A stretch of 64,000 nucleotides of DNA from Longimicrobiales bacterium (GTDB lineage Bacteria; Gemmatimonadota; Gemmatimonadetes; Longimicrobiales; Gaopeijiaceae). The stretch is taken from contig OZ242008.1 of NCBI GenBank assembly GCA_965204735.1, forward strand, positions 3,776,001 through 3,840,000. Reading direction: 5' to 3'. Each line of letters begins with the position of its first letter. Within the stretch, counting starts at the first letter, position 1. The position numbers and the translations under genes are program-made. Positions 19,859-29,708 of the stretch are shown in pieces. Under the pieces are notes generated by a model. It did not search any database and was not told where the DNA came from. It saw nothing but the letters and a program-made list of their open reading frames with translations.

Positions 19859-22786
19859 CTACCTCAGTGCTGCCAGCGCCGCCTTGTTGTTGCCGTGCAC
19901 CGAGGGCTCGCGGCACCAAAGGCTCCGCAGTTCCGCTACGACCTTCTCCGCCCACATCGGCAGCGCGAGCATCTGCACGACCGCGCCGTCGATCTCTTGA
20001 CGGACTGAGTCCCTGTGGGCTTGGCATAGGGGCAGGAGCGGCTTGTCCTTGAGGCGGTCGAAAGCGGCAGCGGCGGCGGCAAGCGCCGGGGCGCCCAGAC
20101 GGTCCAGGAGCGGCACAGGCATCTGCCTTAGGGCGCCGATTTGCGTCGTGGCGCGCCCGGTCTGGGTGCGCTGGCCCCGCGACCAGTGGAGCAGGCTGCC
20201 CAAGGTGGAGTTGGCCCAGAGCGAGAACGCCTTGAGAACGTGAGGGTCGGCGTGCTCGAGCGCCGTCCATGCGCGCCCGCCCATCACCGGCTTGCTCGTA
20301 GTCGCCGCAAGGAGCGATTGCGACGTCCATCTCAAGTTGCGCGCGTAGAACAGCGTGCTTGATCGCTTTCGCATGCGGTCCTGATCCCGCTCCTCGAGCG
20401 ACCTGGACACGTAGCCCTTGTGCGTCGGCAGGACTTCCAACTGCCGCTGCGTCTTCGCGTCGGCCCTCCACAAGGCGTTGTCTCCGACGATGGCGGCGCC
20501 GGGCCGCAAGGGGTGGAACTCGAAGGCGCCTCGCGGGTCGCCCCCGACCGGATGGCCGATCAGGTCGTGGGTCGGCCCCACGGCGAAGAGGTCTTCGATG
20601 CGACCGAAGGCTACGCTTGCCGCCGCCGACCGGAGACCGGCCAAGTCGCGGAACTGGCCGGACGCGCCGAATGCGCCCGCAAAAGCGCCCAGCGCCGGCG
20701 AGGCTGCGCCCAGCGGGCTCCAAGGCCGGCCCGAGCCGTCGGTCTCGAAGGCGACCGCATGGCCGATTTCGTCGTCGCCGGCGCGGACCGGAAAGTGGCC
20801 GCTGCCCATCTCGCGGATCGCGCGCGCAACGCTCCGCGCCGTCTCGCGGGCGAAAGCGGCGTCCACCAACGGCTCGTACAGGGTCACGCACCGGACCGCT
20901 TCGGCGCCGCCCTTGCCGTTCGCCCGCTTCGTGGCCACCAGCATCATCTCCTCCATGCCCGTGTCGGCCGAGATCGCGTCCTTGCCAAGAGCCTTCCCAC
21001 CCAGGACCGCAACCGCCACGACGTGCTCGTATCCCGTCTCCAGGAGCCGCCGCGTCTGCGTCCAGGTGTCGGCAAAGGCGGCAGTCAATGGGAGCACGAA
21101 GCCGAGCCGACCGCCGGGGCGCAGCTTCTGGTCGGCCAAGGCCAGGAACGAGGCGGCCATGCCGGCTTGGTTGCTGGCGGCCTTGTGCCGCGTGAGTTCG
21201 CGCCAACGCCGTTGGCAAGCCTTGCGTTCGGCGTCCGTCAGGCCGGCCACGTCGAAGGCGCTCTGGCCGCCTCGCGTGCGGGAGTACGGCGGGTTCATCA
21301 GCACCCACAACAGAGAGCCGTCGCCGACGTGGACCGAACCGTCGGCCTCTTCCTCGATGCCCGTCGAGCGTCCGCCCGCCGTTCCGAACAAGTCGTCCAC
21401 CTGGTCGGCCTGGAAGTACTCCAGAGCGCCCGTCTTCGGCGGCGTTCCGCCCACCCTGATCCAGCCCACGTGATCGGCGCGGTACGGGTCGCCGCTCCCC
21501 ATGGCCGCCAAGGACGAAGACGTGAGATGGGACGCAATCGGACTGATGTCGGTTCCGTACAAGCCCGCCTCCATGGCCGTCTTGTGCAGCCGCGCCGTGG
21601 ACGCGACGGACGCAGCGCCCGACGCCTCGTGCAAAGCCGCGACGCGACGGTACCCCGCGCGCAGAAGCGTACCCGTTCCGCAAGCCATGTCGGCGAGACG
21701 GGCGTGCCTCCAGAGCGCGGGGTCGCCCCACGAGGTCTCGGGCGGCAGCGACTCCTCGGTGATCGTCAAGGTCGCCAAGAACTCGGCGGCCGCCGGTTGG
21801 GTATAGAAGGCGGCGGCTTCCTTGCGGTCGTCGCTGAGCTTGGGAAAGAGTTCCGCGCCAACGTTGAGGTGCGCTCCCAGCCGTCTGGCCCTGATCGCAT
21901 GGACCGCCTTCAGCAGACAGCGAAGCGCGCTGGACGTCCCATGCCCGCAGATTGCTCCGGCCTTGTCCATGGTACTCTGGGCCGGCCCGAAGATGGGTCG
22001 CCAGTTCTTCTCCAGAATCGCTCGCCACGCCGTGGCAAGGTCCTCGGGGATCGGGCAGCCTGCCGAGTCGCGACACGATGCCGGGGAAGGGACCCACTCG
22101 TGCCGTTCGTGAAGCGCCGCCTGGGTCAGCAGCGCATTGAGCCAGAGCACCATCGTGGTCGTGAGCCCCTTCAACCCCGTGCGCTGCTGCACGTGAGCGG
22201 CGATGCGTTCCTGCTGGTGGGCAGTCGTGGCGCCTTGGAGCCTGTCGGCGGCCCACTGCACTTGCTGCGCAACGTAGGTCGCCGTTTGGTCGACGGCTTC
22301 TCTGGGCAGCGCCGCGAGCGGCAGCATCGCCGCAAGATCAAACACCGTGCCCACGACGAATCCCCGCTCGGGCCAACGTCGCGGCGCGCCTTCGCCCGCG
22401 CGCTGGTGGAAGGAGTAAGTCAGCTCGGAGCCGGCCAGGAGTTCTTGCTCGATCTGCTCCCGCGCATGTTGTCGGTAGTCCGCCGGCACGTGGACCGCAA
22501 CGGCACTTTCGATGGGCAATCCCTTTGTCGCCGTCTCGAGTCCCAGACGACCCACCGCGTCCCGGTCCGCGTCCCTGGCATCGAAAGACGCCTCGATCGC
22601 CACGGGCCAAGCGTCGCCGTCCGCAACGAGGATGTCGGGATGCTTGCCGGGCGCGTCGGCAATGGTCCGCGTCCGCTCCACCTGCACGGCGTCCGGCGAT
22701 TGCCGCCACTTGGCGACCGCTTGCCGCAACGCCGCCCCCAGCGCCTCGTTGAAGGACGGCTCCGTCGTCGGTCCACGTCGAGACAC
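19859..22786 (-). CDS. Type IIG-like fused restriction-modification protein (gamma-class N6-adenine MTase)
   Basis: AAGGAG RBS before GTG 22786; N-terminal PDILV...IEASF; FYT, DMACGTGTLL and NPPY motifs; C-terminal TRD-like region. Confidence 0.85.
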   Translation of the reverse strand: MSRRGPTTEPSFNEALGAALRQAVAKWRQSPDAVQVERTRTIADAPGKHPDILVADGDAWPVAIEASFDARDADRDAVGRLGLETATKGLPIESAVAVHVPADYRQHAREQIEQELLAGSELTYSFHQRAGEGAPRRWPERGFVVGTVFDLAAMLPLAALPREAVDQTATYVAQQVQWAADRLQGATTAHQQERIAAHVQQRTGLKGLTTTMVLWLNALLTQAALHERHEWVPSPASCRDSAGCPIPEDLATAWRAILEKNWRPIFGPAQSTMDKAGAICGHGTSSALRCLLKAVHAIRARRLGAHLNVGAELFPKLSDDRKEAAAFYTQPAAAEFLATLTITEESLPPETSWGDPALWRHARLADMACGTGTLLRAGYRRVAALHEASGAASVASTARLHKTAMEAGLYGTDISPIASHLTSSSLAAMGSGDPYRADHVGWIRVGGTPPKTGALEYFQADQVDDLFGTAGGRSTGIEEEADGSVHVGDGSLLWVLMNPPYSRTRGGQSAFDVAGLTDAERKACQRRWRELTRHKAASNQAGMAASFLALADQKLRPGGRLGFVLPLTAAFADTWTQTRRLLETGYEHVVAVAVLGGKALGKDAISADTGMEEMMLVATKRANGKGGAEAVRCVTLYEPLVDAAFARETARSVARAIREMGSGHFPVRAGDDEIGHAVAFETDGSGRPWSPLGAASPALGAFAGAFGASGQFRDLAGLRSAAASVAFGRIEDLFAVGPTHDLIGHPVGGDPRGAFEFHPLRPGAAIVGDNALWRADAKTQRQLEVLPTHKGYVSRSLEERDQDRMRKRSSTLFYARNLRWTSQSLLAATTSKPVMGGRAWTALEHADPHVLKAFSLWANSTLGSLLHWSRGQRTQTGRATTQIGALRQMPVPLLDRLGAPALAAAAAAFDRLKDKPLLPLCQAHRDSVRQEIDGAVVQMLALPMWAEKVVAELRSLWCREPSVHGNNKAALAALR

Positions 22787-22958
22787 GATCTGCTCCTTGT
22801 CGTTCAGTCGGTCGGCCGCGCGGTCCGGCAACATGGTCCGGCGACGACGGGCGGCGCAGAACAGTCGCCTGCGGCGGATTTCCAGCACCTGAAATGTCCC
22901 GGCCAATGTCCCACTTTTTGGGCTGTCGATGTCCCGAAAGCGGTCTTGCCCCGTCTGC

Positions 22959-23591
22959 TCACGGGCTCAGCCGTCGCCGCCGCCATTCCCCCGTAGCCGG
23001 GTCGCGTTCGTACGCGAAGCGGTCGTGGAGGCGAAAGGGGCCTTCCTGCCAGAACTCCACGGCCTCGGGGACGATCCGAAACCCGGACCAGTGGGGCGGA
23101 CGGGGGACGGCTCCATCCCGGAAGCGCCGCTCGCACGCCGCCACTCGCTCCTCCAGCGCCCGGCGGCTTTCGACCTCGCGGCTCTGGTCCGAAGCCCAAG
23201 CGCCGATGCTGCTGCCTCGGGGGCGGGCGGCGAAGTAGGCGTCGGCCTCGGCGGCGGACACGGGCTCGACCGGCCCCCGCAAGCGGACCTGCCGGCCCCT
23301 TCCGTTCGGCGGCTGCCAGTGGAAGGTCATCCCCGCCCAGGGGTGCTCGTGCAGGGCGCGAGCCTTGTTGGACTCCAGGTTGGTGTAGAAGACGAAGCCG
23401 CGAGCGCCGAACTCCTTCATCAGGACCATCCGTCCCTCGGGCGTGCGGTTCGGGCCCAGCGTGGAGAGGCAGGCTGCCTCCGCCAACACCACTCCCGGGT
23501 CCTCCCGAGCCTGCTCGAACCAGCGCCGGAACTGCTCGACGGGATCGGACGAGAGATCGGTCGCCGACAAAGCCTTCCAAGACGGGTCCAT
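22959..23591 (-). CDS. pdxH: pyridoxamine 5'-phosphate oxidase
   Basis: RMVLMK, FYTNLESNK, EFWQ...RLHDR, RLSP. Confidence 0.95.
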   Translation of the reverse strand: MDPSWKALSATDLSSDPVEQFRRWFEQAREDPGVVLAEAACLSTLGPNRTPEGRMVLMKEFGARGFVFYTNLESNKARALHEHPWAGMTFHWQPPNGRGRQVRLRGPVEPVSAAEADAYFAARPRGSSIGAWASDQSREVESRRALEERVAACERRFRDGAVPRPPHWSGFRIVPEAVEFWQEGPFRLHDRFAYERDPATGEWRRRRLSP

Positions 23592-23597
23592 GGCGCG

Positions 23598-25001
23598 CTA
23601 CCTGGAGTCGTCGCCGGCGCCGGCCGGGGCGACAGCCCTTCCCAGCTGGAACGCAAGCGATTCCTCGAGCCCCGGGTAGGCGAACTCGAAGCCTTCGCGG
23701 ATGGCGGCTTCGGGAAGAACGCGGGCGCCGTCGAGCAGCAGGGCCTTGCCCATTTCGCCGAAGATCGCCCGGATCGCCAACGACGGCGCCGGCGCCACCG
23801 TCGGTCGCTTCAGGACCCGTCCCAGAACCGTCGTGAAGGTGGCGTTGGACACGGGATGAGGGGCCGTGGCGTTCACCGGTCCCCGCATCGATTTCGTGGC
23901 GAGCGCATGGAAGATCAGCGCCACCAGGTCGTCGTGGTCGATCCAGCTGACGTACTGCCGGCCCGTCCCCAACCGTCCTCCTGCTCCCAGCTTGAAGGGC
24001 AGGAGCATCGTTCCCAGCGCTCCGCCGGCGGGGCTCAGCACGACTCCGGTGCGCAGGTTGACGACCCGGATGCCCGAGCGGCGCGCTTGGTTCGCCTCCG
24101 CTTCCCACTCCTGGCACACCTCGGCAAGGAAGCCCCTTCCCGCCTTGCCGTCCTCCGCGAGCCGCTCGGCGCCTCGCGCGCCGTACCAGCCGACCGCCGA
24201 CGACGAGACCAGAACCGCCGGGGGCCGGCGCAAGCTGTTCAATGCCGCCACGAGCGCCCTCGTGCCCACGACGCGGCTCTTCCGGATCGCCTCCTTCTTC
24301 GCGGGAGTCCAGCGGCTTCCCGAGATGCTCTCGCCGGCCAAGTGCACGACCGCGTCCACGCCCTCCAGACGCTCGGCCTCGATCCGGTTCTCCATCGGGT
24401 CCCACTGGATCTCGCCCCTGGAACGGTCGGGCTTGCGCCGCACGATCGGTCGGACGTCGTGGCCGCCGGTCGTCAGGAAGTGGCGAAGGGACGAGCCGAC
24501 GAAGCCGCCGGCCCCGGTGACCGCCACGATCATGGGGGAACCTCGGTACGCGGAGTGGCGCCCCAGGTCGTGGGTCAGCCGCTTCTGTCGGAAGGCGAAG
24601 TGGCGGCGGAGCTGCTCGTCCACGACGCCCCGGGCAAGAGACGTCGCTCCGGGGCCCAGCGGGGGCTCCCACTCGATGCGGTCCCGAAGCAAGGCGCCGC
24701 CGTCGGCGGGCTTGAACTCGTGGGTGTGGCGCCAGCGGGCGAGGGGGCCGGACTCCTGTTCGTCCCGGAAGAGCCGGCCGTGCTCGAACTCCGTGTGGCG
24801 CAGCTTCCAGTCGATCTTGAAGGGGCCGCGCCGCAACTTCAGATGAACGAGGCCGCCGTCGTCGATTCCGCCTTCGCGAGCGACCACCCGGACGTTCTCC
24901 CACGGCGGGAGAAGGCGCTCCAGCGCGCCGGGCCGCATGTGCCAGTCGAAGACGGCGTCGACCGGAAACGGAAGCCGGGCTTCGTGACGGAACTCAGGCA
25001 T
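23598..25001 (-). CDS. SRPBCC domain + TIGR01777 family NAD-dependent epimerase
   Basis: N-terminal SRPBCC (WHMRPGALERLLPPW); VTGAGGFVG; GRQYVSWI. Confidence 0.9.
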   Translation of the reverse strand: MPEFRHEARLPFPVDAVFDWHMRPGALERLLPPWENVRVVAREGGIDDGGLVHLKLRRGPFKIDWKLRHTEFEHGRLFRDEQESGPLARWRHTHEFKPADGGALLRDRIEWEPPLGPGATSLARGVVDEQLRRHFAFRQKRLTHDLGRHSAYRGSPMIVAVTGAGGFVGSSLRHFLTTGGHDVRPIVRRKPDRSRGEIQWDPMENRIEAERLEGVDAVVHLAGESISGSRWTPAKKEAIRKSRVVGTRALVAALNSLRRPPAVLVSSSAVGWYGARGAERLAEDGKAGRGFLAEVCQEWEAEANQARRSGIRVVNLRTGVVLSPAGGALGTMLLPFKLGAGGRLGTGRQYVSWIDHDDLVALIFHALATKSMRGPVNATAPHPVSNATFTTVLGRVLKRPTVAPAPSLAIRAIFGEMGKALLLDGARVLPEAAIREGFEFAYPGLEESLAFQLGRAVAPAGAGDDSR

Positions 25002-25236
25002 GAGCGGCGGGACGGGGGATGGTCAAGGGGGGCTCCTCCGGGGGCTTCCGTCGACTCCTCGCGGGAGTCGCGCCCGCTGGTTGCGCAGCCGTTTGCCGCC
25101 GCACGTGGTTCGCCCACGTTCGAGCATCATGATAGAATGGTTGCAGCACCGGGCAAAGAATGCGTCGCGGCCGAGCCTGGACCGGCGCCCTGGCCTGCGG
25201 CAACCCGTCTCGAACAACTCCTCAAAGGATCGCCCG

Positions 25237-27060
25237 ATGAAGACGAGCCCCCGGTCCTCCAAAGCCGCCCTTCCGCAGGTCTTCGGGCTGGCGTTCGCGT
25301 TGGCGGTTCCGAGCGCGCTGGCGCTGGCCGGCCTCCCGACGCTTGCGGGAGCCCAGTCGCTGGCCGTCGTGGGCGTTCGCGTCTTCGACGGCGAGGAGGT
25401 GATCGAGCGCGCAACCGTGCTGGTCGAGGACGGCGTGATCGCCGTGGTCGGCCCCGACGCGCCCGTCCCCGCCGGCGTCGAGACGATCGACGGCGCCGGG
25501 CGGACGCTGCTGCCGGGCTTCATCGACGGGCACGGCCACTCCCAGGGCGACGCGCTGCGCCGGGCCGCCGTCTTCGGGACCACCACCGTGGCGGACATGT
25601 TCACCGAGGCCGCGTGGGCAGCCGAACAGCGCGCGCAGCAGGCGGCGGGAGAGGCCAACGACCGGGCAGACCTCTTCTCCTCGGGCACCCTCGCCACCCC
25701 TCCGGGCGGTCACGGCACCCAGTACGGAATCCCCATCCCCACGCTCTCGACGCCCGAAGAGGCCGACGCGTGGGTGGCGGACCGGATCGAGGAAGGCTCC
25801 GACTACATCAAGATCGTGATCGAGGACGGCACGGTGATCGACCTCGAGACGCCCACCCTGGACCTGCCCACCGTGCAGGCGCTGGTCCAGGCTGCCCGGA
25901 GCCGGGGGAAGCTGGCCGTCGCCCACGCCACGACGGTGGAGGCCGCGCGCACGGCCCTGGCCGCCGACGTGGACGGCTTGGTCCACATCTTCGGCGACGA
26001 GCCGCCGCCGGAGGACTTCGCCCCCGCAGCCGCCGAGGCCGGCATCTTCGTCGTGCCCACGCTGACCGTGCTGGAGAGCCTGACGACCGGGGCGTCCGGC
26101 GCCCCCTTGGCCGACGATCCCCACATCGGCCCCGTCGCGACTTCGCAGGAACGGGCGCAGCTCGCTTCCACCTACCCCAGGAGCGCGGCGGAGGGATACG
26201 CCCTGCAGCACGCCGTCGACGCCGTGGCCGCCCTCCACGCCGCGGGCGTGCCGGTCCTTGCGGGCACCGACTACCCCAACCCGGGAACGTCGCCCGGAAT
26301 CAGCATGCACCGGGAGTTCGAGCTGCTCGCTTCGGCCGGCTTCTCGCCCGCGGAAGCGCTGGCCGCAGCCACGTCGCGACCCGCCGACGCCTTCGGCTTG
26401 GACGACCGGGGACGGATCGCTCCCGGCAAGCGGGCCGACTTGGTGCTGGTGGAGGGGAACCCGCTGGAGGACGTGACGGCGGCGCGGCAGATCGTCGGCG
26501 TGTGGAAGGGCGGCGTCGCCATCGACCGGACGAAGCCGGAGGAAGTGGCGGCGGCGGCGGCCCAGCCGGGACCGGTCGCCGACTTTGACGGCGGCGAAGC
26601 GACCACGGCCTACGGGAGCGGCTGGATGGACTCCACCGACGACATCGTGGGAGGCAACTCCACCGTGAGCGCCGAGATCGGCGACGGGGGCGCGGAGGGG
26701 AGCGCCCACTACCTGGCGGTCTCCGGCGAGATCGGCGACGGCTTCGGCTTTCCCTGGGCGGGAGAGATGTTCTATCCCGGGGCGACGCCGATGGCGCCCG
26801 TGGACCTCTCCGCGGCCGCGGAGCTCGTCTTCTGGGCCCGCGGCGAACCGGGCACGTATCGGGTGATGATGTTCTGCCAAGCCCTCGGTCCGATGCCCAC
26901 CATGCAGACCTTCGACGTAGGGAGCGAGTGGCGGCAGGTGGTCCTTCGCTTCAACGCCTTCCCCGGCCTGGACGCATCGGGCCTCACGGGCGTCCTCTGG
27001 ACGGGGGGACCCGCCACGGGACCGTTCCAATTCGACATCGACCAGATCGAAGTTCGCTAG
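25237..27060 (+). CDS. secreted amidohydrolase with C-terminal CIA30/CBM-like domain
   Basis: PGFIDGHGH, VAHA, AGTD, GKRADLVLV; C-terminal DFDG...W...FDIDQIE. Confidence 0.85.
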   Translation: MKTSPRSSKAALPQVFGLAFALAVPSALALAGLPTLAGAQSLAVVGVRVFDGEEVIERATVLVEDGVIAVVGPDAPVPAGVETIDGAGRTLLPGFIDGHGHSQGDALRRAAVFGTTTVADMFTEAAWAAEQRAQQAAGEANDRADLFSSGTLATPPGGHGTQYGIPIPTLSTPEEADAWVADRIEEGSDYIKIVIEDGTVIDLETPTLDLPTVQALVQAARSRGKLAVAHATTVEAARTALAADVDGLVHIFGDEPPPEDFAPAAAEAGIFVVPTLTVLESLTTGASGAPLADDPHIGPVATSQERAQLASTYPRSAAEGYALQHAVDAVAALHAAGVPVLAGTDYPNPGTSPGISMHREFELLASAGFSPAEALAAATSRPADAFGLDDRGRIAPGKRADLVLVEGNPLEDVTAARQIVGVWKGGVAIDRTKPEEVAAAAAQPGPVADFDGGEATTAYGSGWMDSTDDIVGGNSTVSAEIGDGGAEGSAHYLAVSGEIGDGFGFPWAGEMFYPGATPMAPVDLSAAAELVFWARGEPGTYRVMMFCQALGPMPTMQTFDVGSEWRQVVLRFNAFPGLDASGLTGVLWTGGPATGPFQFDIDQIEVR

Positions 27061-27103
27061 CAAGCAGATTCGCAGGCGACGAACAGCAAAGCGAGGTTGA
27101 GAC

Positions 27104-29632
27104 GTGACGAAGAACTCCGCTGGACAGCCGGCCCGGTACCGGCCGCTCGCCCGTTCCGCCCCCCCGCGCCGCTCCGAACCCCGTCTCTTCCGTGGAGTTG
27201 GCGCGCGGCTGCCCGTGCTCGCCTTCGGGCTTCTGTGCGCGCTGCCGGCGCTTCCGGGCGCCTTCGCCCCGGTCGCCGCCCAAGGCTACGGCGCTTCCGC
27301 CGCGGCCGGCGACGGGGAAGCATTCGTGGGCGAGGCCCTCAACGAGCGCACGCCCGGCTACGTCTACGTGTACCGCAACGGTGGCGACGGTTGGACCGAG
27401 GTCCAGCGGCTGGCCGCCTCCGACGCCGCCCCCGGCGACCGCTTCGGCAGGACCCTCGCCTTGGTCGGAGGCGACCTGCTGGTGGGCGCCACCGTCGCCG
27501 ACGAGTCCATGGGCGCGCTCTACGTCTTCCGAAAGGACGGTTCGGGGGCGTGGCAGGAAGCATTCAAGATCCACGCTTCCGACGGGACCGCCGGCGACGC
27601 CTTCGGCAGGACGATGGCCACCGACGGCGCCCGGGCGCTGGTCTCCTCGCTCGCCCACAACGGCAGTCGCGGCGCCGTGTACGTCCTGCACCGCAACGAG
27701 GCCGGGGAGTGGTCCGAAGAAGGCAAGCTGACGGCCGACGACGGCGCCGCCGGCGACTTCTTCGGGCTCGGCTTGGCATTGGACGGAGACCGGGCCGTGG
27801 TGGGCGCGCCCAACGTCGACGGGCAGCACGGCGCCGCGTACGCGTTCCGTCGCGACGACGGCGGGTGGGTCCAGACGGCGAAGCTGGACATGCGCTTCGA
27901 GGAGATGGACGAGATCGCCGCGCAGGTGGGGAACGACGAGCTGGGAAGCCCCCGCTTCCCGCCCGGATTCGGAACCGCCGTGGGGCTCGCGGGCGGCCTC
28001 GCCTTCGTCGGCGCGCCAAGGGGCGGGGAGCTCCTCGACGGCGCCGTCTACTCCTTCCGCCTGGACGACTCGTCCCCCGACCTGCGTCCCGTCGCCGTCC
28101 ACCGCTCGTTCGAAGGCCGTCCGGGCGACGGCTTCGGGAGCGCGATCCACGGCTCGGGCTCCGACCTCTGGATCGGGGCGCCGGGCGCGCCGGGCGGCGG
28201 CCGCTTCTACGTGCTCTCGTGGGACGAGGAGGCCGCCGAGGCGGGCGTCTTGGCCAAGTTCGCGGTGGACGACCTGGAGGACGGCGACGGCATGGGCGGC
28301 GTCGTTGCGCTGGCCGACGGGATCGGCGTCGTCGGCCTTGGACAGGACGACTTCGGGCTGGGCACGGCGGCGATCGTCGAAGCCGACGGCGACGCGTGGG
28401 CGACCGCGGTCCGGGTGGCGAGCGAGGCGACGGCGCTCGATCCGATCACCGGCGACGACGTGGCCTGCCGGGACGGCCAAGCGGGCGAGTTCACCTGCGC
28501 CGACGTCGACATCGTGTCCTTCCTGCCCGTGCAGGAGATCGGCGGCGCCCGCGGCGTCGAGGTCAACGACCTCTGGGGCTGGACGGACCCGGAGACGGGA
28601 ACGGAGTGGGCGCTGGTGGGACGCTACGACGGCACGTCGTTCATCGACCTGAGCGACCCCAGCAACCCCGTGTACGCAGGCGACCTGCCCCTGACCGAAG
28701 GCGCGAACCCCAACGTCTGGCGCGACGTGAAGGTGTACCGGGACCACGCCTTCATCGTCTCGGACGGAGCCGGCGAGCATGGAATGCAGGTGTTCGACCT
28801 GACCCAGCTGCGCGAGCCCCGGGACGGTCCCGAGACGTTCGAGGAAACGGCCCACTACGACCGCATACACAGCGCCCACAACATCGTGATCAACGAAGAG
28901 ACGGGCTTCGCCTACGCCGTCGGCGCCAGCGGCGGCGGCGACACCTGCGGCGGCGGCCTGCACATGATCGACATCCGCGATCCGGTGAACCCGACCTTCG
29001 CGGGGTGCTTCGCCGACGCCGCCACCGGACGCAGAGGCACGGGGTACAGCCACGACGCCCAGTGCGTGGTCTACGAGGGACCCGACGAGGAGCACAGAGG
29101 CAAGGAGCTCTGCTTCGGTTCCAACGAAACGGCGCTGAGCATCGCCGACGTCACGGACAAGGACGCTCCCGTCGCCTTGGCGATGGAGGACTACCCCAGC
29201 TACGGCTACTCGCACCAAGGCTGGCTCGACGAGGCCCAGGAGTACTTCTACATGAACGACGAGCTGGACGAACTCCAGGGGAAGGCGTCCAGCACCCGGA
29301 CCCTGGTGTGGGACGTGAAGGACGTGGACGAGCCGATCCTGGTCAAGGAGCACTTCTCGGACGTGACCTCGTCCGACCACAACCTCTACATCCGGGGCGA
29401 CCTCATGTACCAGTCCAACTACGTGAGCGGCTTGCGGATACTGGACATCTCGGATCGGGAGAACCCCCGCGAGGTCGCGTTCTTCGACACGGTGCCCTGG
29501 ACCGAGGACGCCCCCGGCTTCGACGGTTCGTGGAGCAACTACCCGTACTTCGACAGCGGGATCATCGTGGTGACTTCCGGCAAGGAAGGCGTGTTCGTCC
29601 TGCGCGACGCCCGGCGCAACCTGATCCCGTAG
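27104..29632 (+). CDS. choice-of-anchor B family protein with FG-GAP repeats
   Basis: DRFG/VVGAP repeats; NDLWGWTD, WRDVKVY, HNLYIRG, WSNYPYF. Confidence 0.9.
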   Translation: MTKNSAGQPARYRPLARSAPPRRSEPRLFRGVGARLPVLAFGLLCALPALPGAFAPVAAQGYGASAAAGDGEAFVGEALNERTPGYVYVYRNGGDGWTEVQRLAASDAAPGDRFGRTLALVGGDLLVGATVADESMGALYVFRKDGSGAWQEAFKIHASDGTAGDAFGRTMATDGARALVSSLAHNGSRGAVYVLHRNEAGEWSEEGKLTADDGAAGDFFGLGLALDGDRAVVGAPNVDGQHGAAYAFRRDDGGWVQTAKLDMRFEEMDEIAAQVGNDELGSPRFPPGFGTAVGLAGGLAFVGAPRGGELLDGAVYSFRLDDSSPDLRPVAVHRSFEGRPGDGFGSAIHGSGSDLWIGAPGAPGGGRFYVLSWDEEAAEAGVLAKFAVDDLEDGDGMGGVVALADGIGVVGLGQDDFGLGTAAIVEADGDAWATAVRVASEATALDPITGDDVACRDGQAGEFTCADVDIVSFLPVQEIGGARGVEVNDLWGWTDPETGTEWALVGRYDGTSFIDLSDPSNPVYAGDLPLTEGANPNVWRDVKVYRDHAFIVSDGAGEHGMQVFDLTQLREPRDGPETFEETAHYDRIHSAHNIVINEETGFAYAVGASGGGDTCGGGLHMIDIRDPVNPTFAGCFADAATGRRGTGYSHDAQCVVYEGPDEEHRGKELCFGSNETALSIADVTDKDAPVALAMEDYPSYGYSHQGWLDEAQEYFYMNDELDELQGKASSTRTLVWDVKDVDEPILVKEHFSDVTSSDHNLYIRGDLMYQSNYVSGLRILDISDRENPREVAFFDTVPWTEDAPGFDGSWSNYPYFDSGIIVVTSGKEGVFVLRDARRNLIP

Positions 29633-29708
29633 GCGAGGCGGGCGAGCCGTCGGCAATCCCGTGCAACCCAGGACCAGACAATCGACCATGTTCCAAGGAA
29701 GTCCAACC

